A DNA stretch of 64,000 nt from Mustelus asterias (Eukaryota), in the NCBI RefSeq assembly GCF_964213995.1, contig NC_135802.1:39618001-39682000 (forward strand), in the 5' to 3' direction. Shown here in pieces: positions 51,847-63,607 of this stretch (position 1 is the first letter of the stretch; each line of letters begins with the position of its first letter). The translations under genes and the position numbers were made by a program. The notes beneath the pieces were generated by a model. It saw nothing but the letters and a program-made list of their open reading frames with translations. It made no database searches and was not told the DNA's origin.

Positions 51847-53116
51847 TAGAGTCATAGAGGTTTACAGCATGGAAACAGGCCCTTCGGCCCAACTTGTCCA
51901 TGCCGCCCTTTTTTTTTTAAACCCCTAAGCTAATTCCAATTGCCCGCATTTGGCCCTTATCCATCCATACCCATTGTACCCATGTAACTATCTAAATGGT
52001 TTTTAAAAGACAAAATTGTACCCGCCTCTACAGCTTGTTCCAGACACTCACCACCCTCTGTGAAAAAATTGCTCCTCTGGACACTTTTGTATCTCTCCCC
52101 TCTCACCTTCAACCTATGCTCTCTAGTTTTAGACTCCCCTACCTTTGGGAAACGATATTGACTATCTAGTTGAACTGTGCCCCTCATTATTTTATCGACC
52201 TCCATAAGATCACCCCTCAGCCTCCTATGCTCCAGAGAAAAAAGTCCCAGTTTATCCAACCTCTCATAACTCAATCCATCAAGTCCCAGTAGCATCCTAG
52301 TAAATCTTTTCTGCACTCTTTCTAGTTTAATAATATCCTTTCTATAATAGGGTGACCAGAATTGCGCACAGTATTCCAAGTGTGGCCTTACCAATGTCTC
52401 GTACAACTTCAACAAGACGTTCCAACTCCTGTATTCAATGTTCTGACCGATGAAACCAAGCATGCCGAATGCCTTCTTTACCACTCTGTCCACCTGTGAC
52501 CCCACTTTCAAGGAGCTATGAACATGTACCCCTAGATTTCTTTGTTCTGTAACTCTCCCCAATGCCCTACCATTAACTGAGTAAGTCCTGCCCTGGTTCA
52601 ATCTACCAAAATGCACCACCTCGCATTTGTCTAAATTAAACTCCATCTGCCATTCATCAGCCCACTGGCCCAATTGATCAAGATCCCATTGCAATTGGAG
52701 ATAACTTTCTTCACCGTCCACTATGTCACCAATCTCGGTGTCATCTGCAAACTTACTAACCGTGCCTCCTATATTCTCATCCAAATCATTAATATAAATG
52801 ACAAATAACAGTGGACCCAGCACTGATCCCTGAGGCACACCGCTGGTCACAGGCCTCCAACAGAAGCCAATTTTGTATCCATTTAGATACCTCACCCTGG
52901 ATCCCATGAGATTTAACCTTATGCAACAACCTACCACGCGGAACCTTGTCAAAGGCCTTGCTAAAGTCCATGTAGACAACATTAACTGTACTGCCCTCAT
53001 CTACCTTCTTGGTTACCCCTTCAAAAAATTCAATCAAATTTGTGAAACATGATTTTCCATTCACAAAGCCATGCTGACTGTCTCTAATCAGTCCTTGCAT
53101 CTCTAAATGCCTGTAG
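51847..53116 (-). mobile_element. 5'-truncated CR1 (same subfamily as 25350-28436), inserted into an older + strand CR1 (~51690-51846 and ~53125-53540)
   Basis: ORFs 51957..53000 and 52789..53169, tail tagagtcatagag. The host reads ..VYMN|..VFDKVLH across the insert. Confidence 0.9.
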
Positions 53117-54269
53117 AGAGATTGTAAGAGAGTGTTTGACAAAGTGCTACATAAAAGGATGGTTAACAAAATTGAGACTTAGAATAGGATGGCAGATGCC
53201 AGTTTGGATAAAAAGAATTGGTTTAAGGACAGAAAATAGTTGTGGTAAATAGTTGGTTTCAGACTGGAGCATAATGGACACTGGTGTTCTCCGAGGGTTA
53301 GCGGCAGGACTATTTTGATATATATGGCTGACTTGGATATTGGAATACAGAGTAAAATGTGCTGTTGACATCAAACTTAGAGATGCAGCAACAGGGAGTT
53401 TAATACCAATTGACTGCAACAGGTCTTAGATAGGTCAGCATAATATGCTGACAAGGTGTAGTTGGAATTTAATACAGAGAAGTGTGAGGTGATGCATTTT
53501 GGCATAAGGTGTAAAGAGAGGCAATATATGTTTAAAGGCTGTGTTATGATCAAGAGGGAGTCCATTTTTTTGAAAATGCAAACTCCCAGTTATTAACTGA
53601 AAGAATTGTGCCACAAGGTTTCATGTTTCAAATAAAAGCTCTTACTGTACGCAAGTTAAACAAAGTAAGTACAAATTTAACTATTTATTTTGTGAATACT
53701 TTATTTTAAGACTGAAAATCTGAACAGGAAAACTCAACTTGAAACATTAACTCTGTTTCTCTTCACAGATGCTGCCTGACCTGCTGAGTATTCACAGCAT
53801 TTTTATTTTTAGTCCCAGTTCTATACTTTTTCCACCTATGATTTCTCCTATACTTTACAGAATCTTGAGAGTTCTTTCACTTCTCTTAGGATTTAACCAA
53901 GGTGCACCCCAACTTTAGGAATTCCCTTTGATTCTCCTCAGTGTTCCCATTATTCTCTGAGTTGTGAGATTTCTTGGGGTCTTTCTATTACCACCTGGCT
54001 AGGTGACCCTCCAATTCACCTTAAACACCTTACTATTGTGTCACACCAGCTCAAACATGAGTCTCACTGCATTCTTGCTTACAGCTTCTGGCAAATTCTC
54101 TCTCTGCTTCACAAAACTGCCCCTAGGTTGCAGTTTCAACCGCTGGCATCTTCTTCTCTGCCTGTTTTCAAGTTGTTCTCGACCCAGATATAAACTACCT
54201 GTTTATATATCACATTTATAAATCACACACATCCAAAACAAAAGAGTACATCCCTATGTTCCAGATTAC

Positions 54270-56678
54270 AGGCAAGATTCTCCAACCTCCATCAGACGGC
54301 CTGTGGGAATCCCGATGCCCCGCTGAATGCAGAGTCAGCCAAAAATCAAAATTCCCAACAGGCTTCAAGCCAATCTGGATTCACTTGAACCGTCCCACAG
54401 GCCCCAATCGAGTTCCTGCCCATAGTGGAAGGCAACCTGATGAATATGCAAACCCATTCACCAGTACTGCACCATTCACCCGTCTCTCCAGCAGGACCTA
54501 CAATGGGAGGACTTTGCTGCTGGCAATCACTAACATGGATTTGGTGTACTGGACCCCAAGAGTCCAGGGAAGCACCAACAACCCCTCAGCAAAAAGGGGC
54601 ATCCTCTACCTCCCCATCCACCCCCCCCCCCCCCCCCCCCCCCGAACCAGCACTCAAGTGACAAACGGGTCACCTGCCCTGCTCTCCCCCCCTCCCCCAA
54701 TCTCCACGCAGACATGCAGGTGACCTGATGGGCCACATGTCTTGGCAGCGCCAATGGTGCACTGCCCCCTGGCACTGACACCCTGGCCTGGTGCCTTGGG
54801 CTCCAAGGAGTCACAAGGAGGTGTCTAGTGGCCATTTGCCCCTCTACCACTGCCAGGTTGCAGAGGAAGCATCCCTCAGGAGTCCTGGGAGTTGGGCAGG
54901 GGGAAAGGGGTCAGTCTTGCCACTTTCCCCTGGAATGAGGGTCTCATGGCTGGACTGCCTCTTCTAGCACTGGCAGACCTGAAGATCATTCCTGGCATGG
55001 TGATTTCAGGCAGCCCTGTGATCAATATCTTCATTCTTGCCCAACACCTGTGAAAATTTTGAAGTGGCCAGGTCACTTTAATTTCCATGCCCCCTGGTCA
55101 CCTGGTAGGATTTTAAATCATTGCAGCGCTCCATTCTGCAGCACCTTCCTCCGTGTCAGAAGCTGCAGGTGTGAGCACAAGTTCTCTAACAGAGAGCAAT
55201 GTCAATTTTACTGAGAGGGGCTTCTATTCTCCACAGCTATGCACTCAGTCCACTGTATTCGTACAGCTTTGATTTGAAGTCTCTATGCCTTCCTAGCAAG
55301 CTAAAATCTTTGAACTCCTCTCTATTGTATTGAAAACCTTTGATCACCATCAACTTCCAAGTGCAGTGCTTCAAAATAGACTTCCTTTGACAGCTTAATG
55401 GATTTCTACTCTGCCTCCAGTCAGTTGCATTTATTTACATTTCCCTTCACACTTGAATGGGTCTCAAGTACCCCATTGATCCTAACCGCAATGTTGACAG
55501 ATTCTTAGCCTGATCGACAGTTGTATTTTCTTTAAAGGGAATAAGTGGTCTAACTTCCTCTTTTGCAGACCACAAAAAAGACTTCAAATCAAAGGTGTAT
55601 GAATACATTGGGGCTAAGTGCACAGCTGTGGAGAATGGAACCCTGCCCTCCACAGTGAAATTAACATTTCCTCTTGTCAGAGAACTTCAAAGGCGTCTGC
55701 TCACATCTGCAGCTTTTGACAGGGAAATCTCTGCTGAAAAATGGACTGCTGAAGTGATTTAAAGTCCTGACTAGTAACCAGGGGATATGGAGATTAAAGT
55801 GACTGGGCCACTTCAAATTTTTTACAAGAATGAAGATGTTGATCACAGGGCTACCTGAAATCATCATGCCAGGGGTGAACTTCAGATCTGCCAGAGCCAG
55901 TAGGGGCATTCCAGCCATGAGTCCCCTATCCTAGGGGAGAGTGGCGAAGTCAACGCCTTGCCCCCCTCCCCCGCCCCACAGGACTCTTGAAGGACTCTTC
56001 CTCTGCAGCCTGGCAGTGGTAGCGGGGCAAATGGCCACTGGATGTATTTCCTTGACTTCCCTCTGGGCTCAAGATGTCTGTCCAGGCTGTCAGTGCCAAG
56101 GGGCAGTGCACCATTGGCACTGCCTAGGTATGTGGCCTAAAGGTGGGCCTGCGTGAGAGTATGAGGTGGTGGAGGGCTTGAGTGCGGGTCTAGGCAGGGA
56201 AGGAGGTCTGAGTGGAGGTCGGGGGGAGGTGGGCAGAGTGGGAGTTCCAAGGGGGAAGAGGACTATGGGGGTCTGATGGGGAAGAGGGCCCTGAGAGGGG
56301 GGTCTGCATTGGGGTCTGGGCTGAGGGGTTGGAGTGAGGTCACCCTCTTCCCTATGTGGTGTGGTGGGGGTGACCTGTTATTTTAATGGTGGGAGGAAGG
56401 ATATCCCTCTTTTCTGAGTGGTTGGTGGTACTCCCCTGGGCAGCGACGGGACACTATTTCAATTTTAGGGGGATGGGAGCCTGCCTCCGACCACAGGGAT
56501 TGGGGCACCCTTTCAAAATGGTGAGCTCTGAAAAGTGGGGCTGACTGGTGGGTTCCTGGGATGAGCTCATTTGCATATTTCAGGTGGGTGAATCTCACCT
56601 GACTGACGCTGCCAGCACCAAAACAGTCCTGTTTTCCTGTTGGCATGGGCACTTACTGAAAACTGGAGAATTCTGCCC
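54270..56678. mobile_element. Harbinger-like non-autonomous element with long internal inverted repeat
   Basis: Ends aggcaagattctcca / tggagaattctgccc. Segment ~54720-55105 is inverted relative to ~55770-56150. Confidence 0.55.
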
Positions 56679-57477
56679 AGAGTTTTAAACTAATCAACTT
56701 CAATTTCAAACCCGTCCTTTATTCTGAAAAGTATATGAAACTTTAAGATCTTCCCTTCTTTACCCAGCACTTTTGAAGCACTCTTTGATCTTACACCTGC
56801 ATGAATAATTCAAGCCCCTTTTATGGCGACAACGGAAGCAGTTGGACATCTGTGTTCATCGTCTCTGCCCTTTGGAGGGGCAGGCAGCTGAGGAGTAGCT
56901 AGCTGATGGCGCTGCTGGAGGTGGTTGTGCAGCCTTTATTCTTGAACGTTATCAGAGGTGGAAGGTTAAGCTGCCCTCATACTATGGTGAAGGCTGGCAA
57001 TAGGGAAGTGCAGCTGCAGGTGAAATGCCTTCCAAGAAGTTGACAATCAGCAGTAGAGCAGCAACAGCACTCCCTGATAAAATAAATACTTTAAATCAAC
57101 AGTCTTCCAATGGTCATGACTGGAGCTCTTCAGTCTAACTGATCAAAGCCATCTCAGCTTGTCTGTCAGTTTTACTGAAGAGATTCTTCCTGCAGTGTAT
57201 TCACTTTGGTGATATTTGGTGAGTTGCTAAGTTGTTGGGAAACAGCTTCCATCGCTGGGAACTTGGATTCAATGTTAAAGTACCACAAAATTTGCTTCTT
57301 AATAACTTCCAACAGATGCTTAATTACTTACCCAACAGATCCAAGGGAGTTCCCTGCTTGTTGTTAAAAGCCAGAAGAGAGAAGGATTATATTGGGATCC
57401 TGAGCTGATGTGGGTTTTTGGAACTTTCCCACCCACTCTCCCCAAATCTACCTCCAATGACTTATACTATAATTCTT

Positions 57478-57761
57478 ATAGAATCATAAAGTGCAGAAGG
57501 ACCGACCACAATCCCACCCAGGCCCTGTCCCCATAACCTCATGCATTTACCCCAGCTAGTCTCCGTGACACTAAGGGGCAATTTAGCATGGCCACCTAAC
57601 CCGCACATCTTTGACTGTGGGAGGAAGCCGGAGCACCCGGAGGAAACCCACACAGACATGGGGAGAATGGGCAAACTCCACACACACTGACCCAAGCCAG
57701 GAATTGAACCCAGGTCGCTGGTGCTGTGAGGCAGCAATGCTAACCACTGTGCCACCGTGCC
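57478..57761 (-). mobile_element. tRNA-derived V-SINE
   Basis: Reverse-complement head gctaaccactgtgccaccgtgcc, V-domain and tail. Confidence 0.85.
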
Positions 57762-60700
57762 TTGGAAATTTCTGCTTCTTGTTTTGTTTTGGGGTGTTTT
57801 GCCATATTTATACTATCATAAGGATTCAACTCTCACTTGATCAGAAACAACAAGAATGATTTTAAACCTCCCCACCTGATAGACACCTGGCAGGTATGTA
57901 GTGGAAATGATCCCTGGGACTTATCCTCTTCAATGAATAATGCTCCCCTTCTCCTTATTAAAATTGCACACGCATCTTTGCACTGTGTTGAAATAAAGGA
58001 GAGTAGAAAATGTTAATTCATCAGTACCTTACTTAGTTCTTTTCTTCTCACTTCCTCAAAATTGTATAACTCTTTACTTCTCTCGCTGGTAATGCTCAAA
58101 TTATGAAAAACCAAGTCTTTTGATACTGCCTAATCACAACTTCCTGGTATTACTCATTTTTATTTTATTAGATTCATGCACTATGGGTCTTTGTCCATTA
58201 TTGTGGTTTCTAAGAATGGAAGAACTTGTACTCTGATAGTGCTGGAGTCGGACCATCAAGGTGGCAGCATGTTTGAAGCTGTAATGTGCTGTCAATAATT
58301 GAGTGACCATTGGGTAGTTTCATAATTAACGGTAAATTTTATGGTTCACCAGAGCCCTTCATCTATTACTATGTAATTGGTTTCAGTCAAGGGAGACTTG
58401 TGTATTCTTTCTTTTGGCTTTTTGGATTGCAAAATGACGCTAGAGATAAGATTACTTCACCTGATAGTGTTACAAGCTTTTGTAGGATCTGTTTATGCAA
58501 CTGGCTGTCAACCCCTGCTCATTTCAACCCATTCTCTCTCTCTCCTCCTCCTGCCCCCCCCCCCCCCCCCCCACCCCACACACACACACACACAAAAGGT
58601 TTGTTTAATGTCTCATTTGATGGATGCCACTTCCATTAGTGCAACACTTCACTGCACTGCAATCAGGTGTCAGCTTCAAACCTCTGGCGTAGAGGTTGAA
58701 GCTACAATTTTGTGACTCAGATGTGACACAGCCACTTCTGGGCAAATTTCTTATCACAATCTGTTTGATGAAATCTCACAATTTATTTACTGACAGCCTT
58801 TACAAATCATGGCCATTCATTGATCTGTCTGCAGCAGTTTCTGGCTCAGTTCCCCAATTCCCTCTTCTCCAAACTGCTCTGATTTGAACTTTTCTCTTCA
58901 ATTTTCCATTAGAACTCTAAATCTTCAGGTGATCTAGAAACACCCTGCTTTTCCTCACTCAATCTTTTTCTTGTATCCATTTGGTTTTATCATTCAATTT
59001 TGTTGGCAGATAGGCCTGCCAGCACAGATTAGCAGAGTTCATGTGATACCTGTATTCAATTTTTACTTGTTGTTTCTGGAGTTGAGGTTTGTGTTGGGGA
59101 GATGTAATACAAGTATCAGCATCTGCTGGTTTGAGACAATCTCCCACATGACTCTCATCAATATTGCACGTATCTTTTAAGTAGGTTTGTTATTCTCATT
59201 TCATGAATTAATATTTTAATATTTGTAATCCTAAGTATTTAAGCTTTGGTTTAAATTGACACATCATTGAAATCTGCCTTTTAAAAAAAAAAATGGGTAG
59301 ATCATTTGAGGTCTGAAAATGTTCAAAATGATATTGAGAGCGCTAGATCAGAAACAATTGCTTTTTGTGTGATATGATACTTGGGGTATATTTACCTGCA
59401 ACTACCATCAGCACAAAGCACTAGCACTGCAATTACAAATCCAGTGTCAGAACCAAATCTGACATTGAAATGCAGCAGTGTGGGATTTCCTGCAAACTTA
59501 CTGCTCTTGACTATAGAGCCAGTTTGGACCTTAACCATTTTCCATCATCAGTAAACCCGTAATCTGGATGCAATCCTAGCCAGTTGTACAACTGTTACTC
59601 GCTAAAACAGCTTTTAAAAATTTCTTCAAGTGAAAGTAAAGGGAAAGTGGGCAAACCTTGCTTGACCCTTCGCAACATGTTTATTAAAAAAAACCATCCC
59701 ACTCTACTTATTGGCAGAAAATAAATCCTACAATTATTTGAGTATGTACATAATGTTTTTGTAACACTTAAAACAAATTCCCTGAAGCCACCTTTGGATG
59801 CAAGTTTGAATAAGGGTTTGTGTTCCAATGAATTAAAGACTTTGTCGGAATGGAACCTTCCTAATTAGCCAAGTAATTATAACCTAGAGCACCATCAAAC
59901 ATTCAGATACTTTTTCTGATGTGCCTGTTTTTCATAAATCATAATTGTTGCTTTCTTTGATATAAAGCTGGTTTTAATTTAACTGGACCTGAGGTGTTTC
60001 TCTTATTCAAGAAATTAATTGAATGCCAATTTTAAATATCATTCTGTCTCTATCTTGTTCTGGACAGTGCATAGCATTTTATTCTGATGACCCTTTCATA
60101 AATGTACTTACTGCATATTACTTGATTCTTTCCAGAAATATTGTAAATTGAAAATGCTTTAAGGGATCCCAATAAATTTTGCAAAAGAAGTACCAGCTGA
60201 ACCATTGGGACCTGGGGCTTTATTAAAGTGCTTTTATTTAACAATATTATTTACTTCCTGAATTAATAATGGTGGGCTAAGAGTTTCTTTTAAATTTCAA
60301 TTAGATTTTGGAAATAGTCTAACAATAAGTGGACCATGTCTTGATCCTTAGATAAGCATTTGCTTACTGTCTTTTTTCTGAGGTTTAATAAAGTTGAGAA
60401 TGTTTTTGAAGCAATCATTTTGGACTAGAAGCAACTTATATTCATACAGTGTCTTTGATGTAAACACTTCATAAATAGGACCAGACAAGAGAGAAGGAAA
60501 ATGAGAGAAAATGGCAGGAAATCTCTTGAGGAGGTCATTTGCAAGTGGGATTTTGAACCTGGAGAGAAATGTAGCATACGAGGAATAATTTCATACTGTA
60601 GGGGAAAGATGGTTGAAGGTACTGTCACTGACAAAGGAAGGGAGTGAGATCCCATGCAAGATTTGAGATTCAATGTAAAGTGAAAATGACATTGAACCAC

Positions 60701-62695
60701 TTCAAAAGTATTTTCCATATTTATGACCAACCAGAAAAGAAACATCAGTATTATGTTCAATACACCTGTTAATATTTTCCATTTTGAGTAGAATCAGGAC
60801 ATGTATAAACAAACACTAAAGATAAAGCTGTCCTTACAGCAAATGGTAGTTCATGTCCTGGTTTTGATTCTTTTTCCTCAAAATTGAGCCAACACAGACA
60901 GGACCGTATAGATAGTGGAAAATCCGTACATTCCTGAACCATGTCATTGTATTATTTATAAACAGTGCCTGAATGCACATCAATAGTTTGATGTTATGAC
61001 TGTATCAATCATATATATTTCTAATATATGCATGGAGCTGTTTAAATATAGGCTGCTGAAAAGTTTTGCCTTGTCATGATGCGCATTTACCTAAATTTTC
61101 TATCTTAGCTACACTGTCACACTCCATCCTGTCTCTCCCTAGAGTCAGTACAGATCTACTCAGTAGCATCTCTCTCTCTAGAAACCTGCTTAATTGATAG
61201 TGTCTACTTCAGTGACAATTGCTCCAAACTATCCAAGCACTGCATTAAAAACAATTCTGGATTTGAGTTGGATCTTCATCTGTACATGGTTCAGGGGCTC
61301 GACAAGAGTTCTACAGAATGTAATTATATTAACAAAAGACATCATTAAATTGTGCATATTTAGCTTGTCTGACATCTGGCTTCTCCAGATCTGTGGTCTA
61401 CAGTTTTGGCTGAGTATGTGTTAACTAATGTTCACACATGAAATCTTTTTAAAGAGGAGCTGCGGCCTGCAACCATTTACTCAGTGATGTACCATTCATA
61501 CAATCACTCAAGAAAAATTGATTATGTTTACTATAATTATCACAGCTAACAATACAAGGGAGAAGTTTATTATGGTAATATGTATTTAATTAATTACTGA
61601 TTAGGTTTCTGGTTTGTCATACCTAATTTAATTGTCTAGTGAGTTGTTATAAACTTAACATCTTTGTTGTATATATTACCATTTTGACTGATGTATTTTC
61701 ATGGGAATAAATACTCCCCCAAGCCTCAGCACACTGGTGATGGAACTGCTGCAATCAAATGCTGTGAACATTCAGATTTGAAAAGAAGATTTGTCACAGT
61801 ACATCGAAACATGCTCAATGTGATTCCTGCTTTTCTGTACTTTTGCTTACTGGATGATATATCTTACAAACATTTTTAGACTAACATTTGGCATCAATCA
61901 CTTGAAGATTGGGAGTCCATTTGCTCAGATTTTCAGCACTGTGGAAATAGCTCAAATTAGGTTACTTCTAATTGGAAAATGTCTATATAATTTTATAGGC
62001 AATGAACATCCATATATAAATCACACAGTGAAATAATTTACCGTAACCAAGGTGTGTATAAATAACAGCGGGAATGTATATTATGAGATCATTTACTGGG
62101 CTTTGATAATGAAGTGAAATATCCATGCCGTGTATATTGACATGTAAATTTTTGAGATTATATATGAGTTGTTTTATTTTAGAACACTCACTACATACAC
62201 TACATGGACAATTTAATGCATAATATAACTTTGTATTCTAGCATTGATCCAATTACAATTTTAGAATAAGTAATGATTTCATTTTATTTGTAGGATTTCA
62301 CTTGTAGGATTATCCTTACATTAATTCATAAACTAATTTTATATTCTGTCCTAATAGGAACCTGTAGTGCTACCGGACATTAAGTACAGAATCATACATA
62401 TATTTTTATTGACCTGATAAAACTAGTTAATATTTGTATCAACAAAACTTGGATGTAAGGTAACCGTGAGCTAATTTGTTTGATATTTATTTGGGATTTT
62501 GACAGCTGACTAGCTGGTGACTACTTTGTATTGGTTATGGCTTTCTGGGATGAGCTTATCTCTATGTATATAAATCTATATTATTTTGTTCATAGAATCA
62601 TCATAGAATTCCTATGGTGCAGAAGGGGGCCATTTGGCCCCTCATGTTTGCCCCAATTCTCTGACAGAGCATCCCACCCAACATTAGGTTGATTT

Positions 62696-63607
62696 GACAT
62701 GAGGTTGCTTTGGCAGACAGAGTGAAGGAAAATCCAAAGAGCTTCTATAGGTATGTTAGGAGCAAAAGGATAAAGAACAAAGAACAAAGAAAAATACAGC
62801 ACAGGAACAGGCCCTTTGGCCCTCCAAGCCCGTGCCGCTCCCTGGCCCAAACTAGACCATTCTTTTGTATTCCTCCATTCCCACTCCGTTGAGGGATAAA
62901 ATTGGTCCTCTTGAAGACCAGAGTGGTAGACTGTGTATGGAACCAAAAGAGATGGGGGAGATACTAAATGGTTTTTTTGCATCCGTATTTACTGAGGAAA
63001 TGGGCATGGAGTCTACGGAAATAGGGCAAATAGGTAGGGAGGTCATGGAACCTTTACAGATTAAAGGGGAAGCAAATCTTGAGGCAAATCAGAGTGGATA
63101 AATCCCCAGGACCGGACAGGGTATTCCCACGGACGTTGAGGGAAGCTAGTGTTGAACTTGCAGGGGCCCTGGCAGACATATTTAAAATGTCAGTATTCAC
63201 GGGGGAGGTGCCGGATTATTGGAGGGTGGCTCATGTTGTTCCGTTGGTTAAAAAAGGTTCCAAAAGAAATCCGGGAAATTATCAGCCAGCAAGTTTGATG
63301 TCGGTGGTGGGCAAGTTATTGGAAGGTGTGATAAGGGATAGGATCTACAAATATTTGGATAGACAGGGACTTATTAGGGAGAGTCAACATGGCTTTGTGC
63401 GTGGTAGGTCATGTTTGACCAATCTATTAGAGTTTTTCGAGGAGGTTACCAGGAAAGTGGATGAAGGGAAGGCGGTGGATGTTGTCTACCTGGATTTCAG
63501 CAAGACCTTTGACAAGGTCCCTCATGGGAGGTTAGTTAGGAAGGTTCAGTCACTGGGTATACATGGGGAGGTAGTAAATTGGATTAGACACTGGCTCAAT
63601 GGAAGAA
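62696..63607 (+). mobile_element. 5'-truncated CR1 ORF2, interrupted at 62773-62890 by an antisense CR1-C-type 3' tail and at 63608 by a PLE
   Basis: ORFs 62710, 62865 and 63079..63615 (VDKSPGPD...KTFDKVPH...WIRHWLNGR). Confidence 0.9.

Noticed and set aside
10768-58572. Many poly-G/poly-C runs (e.g. ~10768, ~21135, ~35290, ~49940, ~54620, ~58555) giving poly-Gly/Pro ORFs or G-quadruplex candidates
   Set aside because: Simple homopolymers, mostly inside repeats. Their lengths are unreliable and there is no supporting coding signal.
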